The notes beneath the pieces are model-generated. The model was not told where the DNA came from. It worked only from the letters and a program-made list of their open reading frames with translations, and did not search any database. The translations under genes and the position numbers were made by a program. Below are positions 20,976 through 30,204 of a stretch of DNA of 64,000 bases, one piece after another. The stretch spans positions 160,001 to 224,000 of the forward strand of contig JBCBUK010000005.1 of the NCBI GenBank assembly GCA_039818205.1, read 5' to 3'. Origin of the DNA: Verrucomicrobiota bacterium. Lineage in GTDB: Bacteria; Verrucomicrobiota; Verrucomicrobiia; Opitutales; Cerasicoccaceae. How positions within the stretch are numbered: position 1 is the first letter of the stretch; each line of letters opens with the position of its first letter.

Positions 20976-23657
20976 ATGAATAGCCGCCTGACCGCTACTC
21001 TCGTTCTACTCCTGTCGCTATGTGCGGTCCAGCCCCTGTTGGCCCGCCCGGTAGCCGTTATTCTGGTTGGCCTCGCGGGGGATGCCGAAGTCTGGCGCCA
21101 GCAGTTTCAAGAGCGGGATGCCTGGGTTCAAATATTCGAGGAAGCCGGTGTTACCGATGCGGACATCCACTTGATCGAAAGTGAGCAGGTGGTTGGTAGT
21201 AGCAATGACGGGTCCAGCCAGGCAAAAGCGGATTTCGATGCGCTCATGGCCGAATTCGCGGAGACGCTGACACCAGAGGATGATTTAATCTTCGTCCTTG
21301 CTGGCCAGGGTTCGACCCGCGGCGACCGCTACAACTTCCAGGTCCGCGGTCCACGCATCAAAGGAGATCAGATTCGATCAGCCGTTGAGTCCGTTGATGT
21401 TCAATCTGCATGGGTATTCATCACCGGACCGGGAGGCAAGGGTCTGGCCGACCAACTTGCCCTGCCGAACGTCATGGTATACTCGGCCACGGCTCATGCG
21501 GACGAGATCAACCGAACCATATTTGGAACAGCTCTAACCGAATCGATCAAGCAGGCACCTGATCAATCGCTCCGAGACATTCTCGAAAGCACGGAGGAAA
21601 AGATCGAGGAGTATTACGAGATGCGATCGCTCGCACGACTGGAACACGCCACACTACAAGTCGGCACCGCCTCGCCGATGGAGGCACCATTTGAGTCCGA
21701 TGTAACCATTATCGACCAATGGATCGATGCCACTTCGCTCGGTAGCCTGTTGCCTGTCCCGGGTTCACCCGCAGCCTTAGCGGCCGCCGAAAAGGATGCT
21801 GCTCGACCGATTGCGAACTTAAGTTTAGACGAACTCAAACGCCTGCCCGAAGAATGGCAGGTATTGGCGGGTGACTACGAACAGACACCCTACATCAAGC
21901 TGCGCGATGCGACCGAAGAGGAACTTAAGCTCTTCGAGAATTTGCCGCCACCAGAGTTTTACGAAGGGCATTCTGGGGTGATCCTTTTGCGGGAGGAATC
22001 CAACCTGATCGAGGCCAAATATGCTTCGAAACAGACCGAACACTATCGCGTTCTGGTCGAAGACATGGGGATCCGGCGTTTGCTCGATCGCATGGTTCCG
22101 GCACCCGGCGGCGGCTACGTCAATCTGTTGGCTCTGAAGACCGTGCATCCAGATGGGCTGGTCCTCGAGCTAGATATCCAAGGGTGGATGCAATTAGCGA
22201 TGGGTGGCTCAAGTGACCTGATTTTCTTTCCTCCCGGCGTCGCCCCTGGTGTGATTGTCGAGTATGCCTACGAGATCAATGCCCCGCCCTCTCCAATTCT
22301 GGCCTATTGTGAATCCGTCGAAATTGCGCGCAGTGTACCAACCGCCACATTCCGCTATCGTCTGGAGAAACCCAAGGAGCAGTTTCTTGCCGCCGAACTT
22401 GAGACTTCGATTCCACCGAGCCAGCAAGGCGAGTCCGACGAAGCCTATACCCAGGTAAACCATTGGGAATGGGAACAAGTTCCGGCTCGAGTCTTCGAAC
22501 CCGACACCCCCTATTGGGAGAATGACTTCGATCGGCTTTTTCTGACGAGCTACCAAAACTGGGATGAGTTTGCCGACTGGTACCGCAGCATTTTCCGTGG
22601 CGCTGATGTGTCCAGCGAACAGGTTGTCGAAGTCGCCAACCGGCTAACGGAAGCGCTCGAGGAAGAGGATGAGAAAATCCGAGCGGCGTACGACTACGTT
22701 TCGAAGCTCCGTTATGTTGCCATTGAAACCGGAGTGAACGCGTGGCGACCGCGCAACGCCGATACGGTGCTCAATCGACAATTTGGTGACTGCAAAGATA
22801 AAGCAAACCTCCTGATCGCTCTCCTGCGAGAAATGGATATCCCAGCAAACTTTGTTTTGGTGTCCCGCGGGCAACCGATGTCAACGGCGGTTCCTAGCTA
22901 CCACTTCAATCATGCCATCGCAGCCGTTCCTCGGAAAGACGGTTGGCTCTGGTTGGACGCCACCGATGAATCTTGCCCTTACGGAATGATGCCACCAGGG
23001 GACCCGCATCAAATGGGTTTTATTTTCAAGGAAGACACACACGAGTTCGCCCTGATTCCCGCCTATAATAAGGACTTCATCCGCGCCGACGCTGTCACCG
23101 TTGAGATGGAGCATTCCGTATCGAGCAAGCCCTCGAGACTAACAATCACTCCCGGACTAGTGCGTGAATATTATTGGAGGTCACTCGCCCGCGGCCAAGG
23201 TCCCATCGCGGTTGAAAATGCGATCGCCACTGAGCTTGAACAGCTATGGCCCTCCGCCCAGATCCTAGATGTCCAGTTGGACATGCCCGAATCGCTCAGT
23301 GACGCACCGGTATTGAAAGCGGATTTCGTAGCCAGCATGCCTCCGCCCCTCCTCGACTTCCCGGTTCCTCCTGGCGCGAGACACCGGAACGAAGCCTGGT
23401 TGCCGTACAACGGGTATCCCGTACGCTTTACCCAAACCGTCACAATCCCTCTAGAAGAAAATGAACCGCTCCAGGAGTGGAAATCGCCGGAAGGATTCTC
23501 AGTCCGCGACACCGTTTCCAATGGTATTCTCACCCGGACCAGCTCGCTCGATTTGAGCGATACGGCAATCCCGGCCGAGGACCTCACCGTTTTTCGCGCT
23601 GCCTACTACGAATGGTATCGCCGCACTACCGCCCCCACGAAGCACTACTTACAATAA
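20976..23657 (+). CDS. Secreted DUF3857 + transglutaminase-like protein with extra N-terminal alpha/beta (caspase/C13-like) domain
   Basis: Triad motifs GDCKDKANLL, FNHAIAAV, WLDAT; PGVAPGVIVEYAY DUF3857-like; signal peptide. Confidence 0.8.
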   Translation: MNSRLTATLVLLLSLCAVQPLLARPVAVILVGLAGDAEVWRQQFQERDAWVQIFEEAGVTDADIHLIESEQVVGSSNDGSSQAKADFDALMAEFAETLTPEDDLIFVLAGQGSTRGDRYNFQVRGPRIKGDQIRSAVESVDVQSAWVFITGPGGKGLADQLALPNVMVYSATAHADEINRTIFGTALTESIKQAPDQSLRDILESTEEKIEEYYEMRSLARLEHATLQVGTASPMEAPFESDVTIIDQWIDATSLGSLLPVPGSPAALAAAEKDAARPIANLSLDELKRLPEEWQVLAGDYEQTPYIKLRDATEEELKLFENLPPPEFYEGHSGVILLREESNLIEAKYASKQTEHYRVLVEDMGIRRLLDRMVPAPGGGYVNLLALKTVHPDGLVLELDIQGWMQLAMGGSSDLIFFPPGVAPGVIVEYAYEINAPPSPILAYCESVEIARSVPTATFRYRLEKPKEQFLAAELETSIPPSQQGESDEAYTQVNHWEWEQVPARVFEPDTPYWENDFDRLFLTSYQNWDEFADWYRSIFRGADVSSEQVVEVANRLTEALEEEDEKIRAAYDYVSKLRYVAIETGVNAWRPRNADTVLNRQFGDCKDKANLLIALLREMDIPANFVLVSRGQPMSTAVPSYHFNHAIAAVPRKDGWLWLDATDESCPYGMMPPGDPHQMGFIFKEDTHEFALIPAYNKDFIRADAVTVEMEHSVSSKPSRLTITPGLVREYYWRSLARGQGPIAVENAIATELEQLWPSAQILDVQLDMPESLSDAPVLKADFVASMPPPLLDFPVPPGARHRNEAWLPYNGYPVRFTQTVTIPLEENEPLQEWKSPEGFSVRDTVSNGILTRTSSLDLSDTAIPAEDLTVFRAAYYEWYRRTTAPTKHYLQ

Positions 23658-23673
23658 ACCTGAACTGCATGGT

Positions 23674-24666
23674 ATGAGCAACGAAGACAACGTCCAAGAA
23701 ATCGAGAACGCACGTAAATTCCACGCGGCGCTCAAGGCTGAAACCTCCAAGATCATTGTCGGCCAGGAGACGATCATTGACTACCTTACCTACGCGCTGC
23801 TCTGCGGCGGACACGCCTTACTGGTCGGAGTACCGGGCCTGGCCAAGACTCTGCTGGTTCGAACGATTGCCGAGGCCACGCACCTGAAGTTTAAACGGAT
23901 TCAGTTCACACCTGATCTGATGCCAGCCGACATCACGGGAACCACGGTGCTTGAAGAAGACCAAGCCGGTCACCGCGCATTCGAGTTCATGCCTGGGCCC
24001 ATCTTTGCAAACATTATCCTAGCGGATGAGATCAACCGCACCCCACCGAAAACGCAGTCCGCTTTGCTAGAATCGATGCAGGAGCGCAGCGTCACCGCGG
24101 GTGGGGAAACACGACCGCTCGAACCACCGTTTTTTGTCCTAGCCACCCAAAATCCAATTGAGCAGGAGGGCACATATCCCCTCCCGGAAGCCCAGCTCGA
24201 TCGCTTCCTGTTTAATCTGGTCCTCACCTACCCACCAGAGGAGGAAGAGGTGGCCATCCTTCAGGCGACCACCGGCGCACCACCGGAACCGGTCGAACCG
24301 TTGGCCGATGGCGCCGCGATCATCCGGATGCAAAACGCTATTCGCCTTCTGACCTGCGCTGAGCCTGCCATGCGGTATGCGGTTCATCTGGTCTCGGCGA
24401 CCCGTCCAGAAAGCCCCCGCGCAACGGATCCGGTAAAACGCTACCTGAGGTGGGGCTCTGGACCTCGCGGCGCACAATTCCTGATCCTCGCCGCCAAGGC
24501 CCGAGCCGCCATCAGCGGTCGGTTCCACGTCGAGTTCGAAGATATCGTCGAAGTGGCAAAGCCAGTATTGCGTCACCGCTTGCTCCTCAACTATCATGCG
24601 GAAGCTGACAACGTGGATGCGGATCGAATCATCGATGATATTATCAAAGCCGTCGCCCGCCCTTAA
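23674..24666 (+). CDS. moxR: MoxR family AAA+ ATPase
   Basis: GVPGLAKT, RIQFTPDLMPADITG, LADEINRTPPKTQSALLE, ATQNPIEQEGTYPLPEAQLDRF. Confidence 0.95.
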   Translation: MSNEDNVQEIENARKFHAALKAETSKIIVGQETIIDYLTYALLCGGHALLVGVPGLAKTLLVRTIAEATHLKFKRIQFTPDLMPADITGTTVLEEDQAGHRAFEFMPGPIFANIILADEINRTPPKTQSALLESMQERSVTAGGETRPLEPPFFVLATQNPIEQEGTYPLPEAQLDRFLFNLVLTYPPEEEEVAILQATTGAPPEPVEPLADGAAIIRMQNAIRLLTCAEPAMRYAVHLVSATRPESPRATDPVKRYLRWGSGPRGAQFLILAAKARAAISGRFHVEFEDIVEVAKPVLRHRLLLNYHAEADNVDADRIIDDIIKAVARP

Positions 24667-24668
24667 AC

Positions 24669-25649
24669 ATGTCCTTTAAGACGCCCAGTAACCGACCTGG
24701 CCCACCGCCACTTCCGCGATCACGAAGTGGACCGCCGCCTCTTACGGTTGCTCGGCCGAAGGTTACCTGGGACCCAAAGCTTCTTGCACATTCACAGAAT
24801 CTGGAGTGGCTATCAAACTTGGTGATGGCGGGCTACAACCAGGGCTTACACCGAAGCCCATACCATGGCTTCAGCTCTGAGTTTTCGGAATTCCGCCCCT
24901 ATACCCAGGGAGATGATCTTCGTTTTCTGGACTGGCAAGTTTATGGCCGGCACAACCGACCCTTTATCCGGCGTTTCGAGGCGGAAACCAATCTGAATGC
25001 ATTAATCGTGGTTGATGTCAGCCGCTCGATGGACTACCACTCCAACCCCGACTTCCCAACCAAGTATCAATACGCCGCTCTGTTGGCCTCAGCTCTCATC
25101 CGCCTGTTCAACAGTCAAAATGACGCGGCGGGGTTGGCACTCATTCAGGATGAAGCCGTTGCCTCTTATTCAAGTCCAGCAAACACCGCAGCCAAGTTTA
25201 AGCATTGCCTTGCGTTAATGGAGAATGCCCAAGTAACCGGAGGGGGTGAAATCGCTCAACCGCTGCCCGGACTTGCCCGCCGATTAAAAGGGCGCGGGCA
25301 GATCATATTGATCAGCGACTTTCTTCACGAACTCGAGGGGCTCGAGAACGCCTTGAAATACATTGGTGCCCAACGCAACGAGATCAGCCTGCTCCAGGTT
25401 CTGGACCCAGAAGAAACGGAGTTTCGGTCAGCCCGCCAAGGTGTTTATGAAGACATGGAAACCGGCTTTCGCTTAACCGTGAATCCCGAATGGCTGAAGG
25501 CACGCTACCTGGAACGAGTTCGAGCCCATCAGCAAGAGCTGGAGGAAATCTGCAAGAGCCATCGCGGGCATTTCCATTTGATTTCCACTCAAGAAGCTCC
25601 CTTCGGAATCTTAGGTGAACTCACCGCCCGACGACAGCGTAAGCCATGA
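24669..25649 (+). CDS. DUF58 (VWA-like) protein
   Basis: GLHRSPYHGFSSEFSEFRPYTQGDDLRFLDW, DVSRSM, ISDF. Confidence 0.92.
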   Translation: MSFKTPSNRPGPPPLPRSRSGPPPLTVARPKVTWDPKLLAHSQNLEWLSNLVMAGYNQGLHRSPYHGFSSEFSEFRPYTQGDDLRFLDWQVYGRHNRPFIRRFEAETNLNALIVVDVSRSMDYHSNPDFPTKYQYAALLASALIRLFNSQNDAAGLALIQDEAVASYSSPANTAAKFKHCLALMENAQVTGGGEIAQPLPGLARRLKGRGQIILISDFLHELEGLENALKYIGAQRNEISLLQVLDPEETEFRSARQGVYEDMETGFRLTVNPEWLKARYLERVRAHQQELEEICKSHRGHFHLISTQEAPFGILGELTARRQRKP

Positions 25650-27538
25650 ACCCATCCATCTTACAACCGTTGATGCTCTTGGGTGCTCTGGCGATCGCCA
25701 TACCAATCATCCTGCATCTCCTAAGCTTGCGGCCTCGTAAAAGTATCGAATTTCCGTCGCTGCGCTTCTTCATGGAGAAAGACATACCCGCGGACCGTTG
25801 GAGGAAGGTGAAGCGTTGGCTTGTGTTACTCTGCCGCTGTCTTGCGATCATCATCCTCGCATTGGTGTTCGCTCACCTTCTTTTTGAAAAGCCAAGTGAA
25901 TGGCGCGAGGCCGCCGTCATCGTGGTTGATCGATCGGCTTCGATGACGATGGGCGACACGCCAAATCGGACCGAAGATGCCTTTCGAGAAGCGCTCAATC
26001 AAATGGGACCGGGATCTCGGGTGGCCGTGATCGAGCTTGATGCCTCCCCGGAGATGCTCAGTGAGTTTGGTTCGGTTGAACAAGCGAGTTCAACTTCCAA
26101 CAAACTTGATCCAAACATTGAATCTGGCGACCCTCGGGCCGCAATTGATGCAGCCGCTGCACTCTTGGCGGGCGCCTCCGCCCAAACCAAACGTTTGACC
26201 ATCATCTCAGACTTTCGGGGGCCCCAATGGAGATCAATCCAATCGACTGATGAATCTATCGATGTCGAGTTCATCTCGGTCGCTGATGCAAATGCTGCCG
26301 AAAATCTATGGCTGGAAATCCCTCGGATCGAATCCACTGGCCAAAGCGATCAAGCCGTTCTTGCTGTCCGGGTACACAACGAGGACACCTCTTCTCGCGA
26401 AGCCGTGATTCACCTATCCGGAGACTCCTTTAATGATAGTGCACGCGACATCGTTCTACCGGGCCTATCATCTATTGAACTTCGCCTACCAGTTGAGCTA
26501 ACGCCGCCAACACCGGAGATCCATGGTGTCCTACGGCTCGATCCAGCGATTGAAGACTCATTCCTACTCGACAACGAACGTTACTTTGCCAAACAAAGCT
26601 CCATCGAACGCAAGGTCGCCCGCATTAGCGAGACGGCTTCGCCCAGCGACGTTTTTTGGCAAGCTGCTCTATACCCAACCTTTGATCGCAGCCGATCCAC
26701 GCAACAATGGTTAACCGGGATTGATGCCAAGCGGGCCTTGGTCAACGCCACCACAAACTTGGTCATTCTTGATCGTTCCACCCCGTTGAACGAGATCGAA
26801 TTGAAAGCGCTTGAAACCTATCTGGATCAAGGAGGCACGATCTTCTATGTCGTCGATAAGACCACTACTAAGCAGCCCTTCGACAAGATCATTGGGCTTA
26901 AATCCCTCAGCTCCCAATCCGCAACCAATAAGTTGCTCGCGCCACGACTCACCGGCTTTGATTTTGGACATCCGCTTCTCGGAATCTTTAACCGACCCGA
27001 CATGACGAGCCCCTTTGGAGTCAAAGTCTTCAACTGGGCCACTCTACAGAGCGACGCAATCAATCCTCTCATCCAATTGGAGAATGGAGACATCGCACTT
27101 GGTGAAATATCGATTGGCAACGGCAGAGTTTTCATCAGCACCTTTCCGTTCGAACGCGAATCAACCGATTGGCCTGCACGCGTCAGTTTTCTTCCCTTTG
27201 TTCAAGAACTACTCGCCCTGACCTCTGGCGTTGTGCAGACCGAAGCCCCGACTGAAACCGGGATGCGTCTCGAAAGCGGTGAGGTCGCTAGCCTACCCGG
27301 CATATACGAACAGCAAGGCAGCCGAACTATCGCGGTGAACTTGGCAGAGGAAGAATCCGATCTTCGCATCTGGGCGAGTGAACAGTTTCAAAGTGCTGAC
27401 GAAACAGATGCACTACAAGGACCTGAAGGAGGTAACAACCCACCAGAGCAACCCGTCGACCCAACGTCCTGGCTGCTTTTCCTGGCAGCCTGCTTTGGAG
27501 CATTCGAACTATTAATCGCTAACCGCACCTCGCTATGA
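25646..27538 (+). CDS. BatA-type N-terminal double-TM + VWA domain protein
   Basis: IPIILHLL...FPSLRF...LLCRCLA, MIDAS-like DRSASM, ISDF, C-terminal TM. Confidence 0.88.
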   Translation: MNPSILQPLMLLGALAIAIPIILHLLSLRPRKSIEFPSLRFFMEKDIPADRWRKVKRWLVLLCRCLAIIILALVFAHLLFEKPSEWREAAVIVVDRSASMTMGDTPNRTEDAFREALNQMGPGSRVAVIELDASPEMLSEFGSVEQASSTSNKLDPNIESGDPRAAIDAAAALLAGASAQTKRLTIISDFRGPQWRSIQSTDESIDVEFISVADANAAENLWLEIPRIESTGQSDQAVLAVRVHNEDTSSREAVIHLSGDSFNDSARDIVLPGLSSIELRLPVELTPPTPEIHGVLRLDPAIEDSFLLDNERYFAKQSSIERKVARISETASPSDVFWQAALYPTFDRSRSTQQWLTGIDAKRALVNATTNLVILDRSTPLNEIELKALETYLDQGGTIFYVVDKTTTKQPFDKIIGLKSLSSQSATNKLLAPRLTGFDFGHPLLGIFNRPDMTSPFGVKVFNWATLQSDAINPLIQLENGDIALGEISIGNGRVFISTFPFERESTDWPARVSFLPFVQELLALTSGVVQTEAPTETGMRLESGEVASLPGIYEQQGSRTIAVNLAEEESDLRIWASEQFQSADETDALQGPEGGNNPPEQPVDPTSWLLFLAACFGAFELLIANRTSL

Positions 27539-30204
27539 ATGACCACTCCCAACCGACCCGCGAAGAAATTTATGATTGGTTGAAGCGCATTCGCATGCTG
27601 CGAATGGTTCGAATTACTGCGCTCACCTCACTCATCTCCGCCTTCGTTCTAAACTCAGTTTATTTGTGGTTGATGGGAGCACCAGAAGGCTCGACCGGCT
27701 GGTTAATGGTCGGCCTATGGGCAGCAATCACGGCGCTAACTGCCGCCATGACGTGGCGCGACTGCGGTGACCTCCCAACGCTCGCGCGCAAGACTGAACA
27801 ACGCCTACCTGTGATTGGCCTGAGACTCACATCCAGCTTGGAATCTGGTGACAATCCGCACGCAGATCCTGATATCGATGCAGCGGTCTGGCAAGAGGCG
27901 GCCGCGGCAACGATCCAGGAAGAGACGAACCAACGGGCAATGCAGACGGGGTTCACCCTCGCCTGTGTCACCGCGATTGCAATTGCGACTCTGAGCTTCC
28001 TTTCAATCTACGTTGTAATCCCCGGCCTATCGGCAATTGCTCCTGCCGTAACCTTGAACCCAAAGGAAATTGTCGAAGAAGAAGTGGAGCCAGCCATTCC
28101 TCAGGAGCTAATTGCGGCGAGCATTACGATTCAAGAACCCGGAGAAGACTTTTGGGCAACGCGTATTGAAGCCGTTCCGCTCGAACTCACGACCGACTCG
28201 CCCCATGGTTTTTCCGACCTCACGATCAAAGCGTCCGTCAACGGCGGTGATTGGGTAACGCTTTCCGACTCAGCGGAATTTGTTGAAGCCGGTGAACAAG
28301 CACTGTCTTTGGAGCTGTACCTTGATGAACTAAAGATCGAGGACTTCGATTTGGTTTCCTATGCCGTCGAGGGGCTCGCTCTACACCCCGAACACCCTGG
28401 TGCGCTCCGTCGATCGGACATGTATTTCATTCAGATTCGGCCGTTCGATTGGCAGATCACCAAGGTTCCGACGGCAGAGGGCGACATGCAGCAGATGATT
28501 CAATTGATGAACCTGCTCATCTGGCTAATCGAAGAGGAACGTATCGTTATTCGCCACACCTGGGTTTTGAACCGGGAAGAATCGGCTTATGCTGGCACTG
28601 CAGAATTCAATCGTGCCGCCGGGTTTGTCCGCGACTCACAACAAATGGTTCAGGACCGACTACTAGAAGCAATTGATCTGTTTACCAACGAACTACAAGA
28701 GCAACTCCCCGGGCCGTTCCTCGCTAAATTCAATGAGTCATCCGACCATTTTGATCAAGCGATCCAGTATCTCGATAACGAGAACTGGGCCGAGGCTGGC
28801 CAAGAAGAGCAACGTGGACTCGCGGACCTCATTTACCTCTACAGCATGATTCAACGAATCGTCGGCGAAGGCGCTGCTTCCCCTTCCTCGGGCGAGCCAG
28901 AAGAAGGGGAAGCAAAGCCCAAGGATTCGCAGAATAAGAACGAACAGAAAAAACTTGCTGGCCTTGAAGATCGCCAGTTAGTGCGACGCCAATCGAGCAA
29001 GATCGCTCAACTACAAGAAGAGCAAGAGAAACTGAATCGGGAAATGGAGGAACTCCAAGACCCGTTTGCCGACATACCCGAGAAAGAATACTACGAGAAA
29101 AAACAAGAACTCGAGGAGAAGCAGGCCGAGCTAAAGAAGGAAGCTGAAAGCATGGCGAGCAGCAAAGGATCATCGAGCTCTGAGGCAATGAAGCAGGCAA
29201 GTAAGGCGATGGAAGAAAACGAAGAGGACATCGCCGATGCCCAACCGGGAGAACAAACGGGAGAAGCCGGCCAGCAAGCACAGGAAATGTTGGCGGCCGC
29301 AAAAGCAATTTCGGAATCCCAAGAACGGCAGGCTTTGAATGAAGCCATCAGCCGTATGATGAAAGACATCAGTGAGTCGCTGGCTGAAGAAGACTCAGAC
29401 GACGGCGAAGTGAACGACTTGCTCAGCGACTACGCTGAACAGATCGAAGCAACCGCTATGGAGGAGCCGTCGAAAGAAATCGCGGCCGCGCTGAACGAAG
29501 CAGCCGAGGACATGAACACAGCCGCCAGCAAGCGTGGCAGCGAAGAAGCCGTCGCGACAGCGATGGAGTCCCTCGCCGAAGCACGACAAGTCACGGCTGG
29601 AGAACTGGAGAGTCTACGTGAGTTAGAACAAGCCCTCGCACGCATGAAACGCCAGTTGCGCGGCGCGAAACGACAAGCCGAAGCACAGGCTCAAGCGAAA
29701 GCCGATGGCCAGCAACAGGCTCAATCCGAAGAGTCCAAAGGAGAGTCCTCAGGCCAGGGATCTGGCGAAGGTTCTGGAGAGAGCGAGTGGCAGAAAGCCC
29801 AACAAGGCGATGCCGCTCGCCTACGAGCAGAAGTCGCGGCAGCTACTGGCGATGGCGAGCTGGCCAAACAACTTGAGGAAGACATACGCTCGATGGGTTC
29901 CGCTTCTGGACAACCATCCGAAGAACGTTCCGAGAGTGGATCAGGCGGCGATGAAAAGCAGTACACCGACCAGGAAGTTGACCCGAACTTCAATCCCGTT
30001 TTCAAACAGATCGGCGGAATTGAAAACACAGTCGACGAGGTCCTCGCGGTCATCCGAGAACGCTACGCGAGTCTTCAGCAGAAAGACCTGCTCGTCGGTG
30101 GGGACCAGGAGCGCATCGCCGAACAGTACCGCGAAATGGTCGCGGCCTACTTTGAAAAACTCTCCCGCGAAACCGGCGCTGGCGACGAATCCCCAAAAGA
30201 GTAA
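27535..30204 (+). CDS. Large membrane-anchored coiled-coil protein (DUF4175-like)
   Basis: Three N-terminal TM helices, RSDMYFIQIRPF, Q/E-rich coiled coil, C-terminal YREMVAAYFEKLS; ATGA overlap with upstream gene. Confidence 0.8.
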   Translation: MNDHSQPTREEIYDWLKRIRMLRMVRITALTSLISAFVLNSVYLWLMGAPEGSTGWLMVGLWAAITALTAAMTWRDCGDLPTLARKTEQRLPVIGLRLTSSLESGDNPHADPDIDAAVWQEAAAATIQEETNQRAMQTGFTLACVTAIAIATLSFLSIYVVIPGLSAIAPAVTLNPKEIVEEEVEPAIPQELIAASITIQEPGEDFWATRIEAVPLELTTDSPHGFSDLTIKASVNGGDWVTLSDSAEFVEAGEQALSLELYLDELKIEDFDLVSYAVEGLALHPEHPGALRRSDMYFIQIRPFDWQITKVPTAEGDMQQMIQLMNLLIWLIEEERIVIRHTWVLNREESAYAGTAEFNRAAGFVRDSQQMVQDRLLEAIDLFTNELQEQLPGPFLAKFNESSDHFDQAIQYLDNENWAEAGQEEQRGLADLIYLYSMIQRIVGEGAASPSSGEPEEGEAKPKDSQNKNEQKKLAGLEDRQLVRRQSSKIAQLQEEQEKLNREMEELQDPFADIPEKEYYEKKQELEEKQAELKKEAESMASSKGSSSSEAMKQASKAMEENEEDIADAQPGEQTGEAGQQAQEMLAAAKAISESQERQALNEAISRMMKDISESLAEEDSDDGEVNDLLSDYAEQIEATAMEEPSKEIAAALNEAAEDMNTAASKRGSEEAVATAMESLAEARQVTAGELESLRELEQALARMKRQLRGAKRQAEAQAQAKADGQQQAQSEESKGESSGQGSGEGSGESEWQKAQQGDAARLRAEVAAATGDGELAKQLEEDIRSMGSASGQPSEERSESGSGGDEKQYTDQEVDPNFNPVFKQIGGIENTVDEVLAVIRERYASLQQKDLLVGGDQERIAEQYREMVAAYFEKLSRETGAGDESPKE

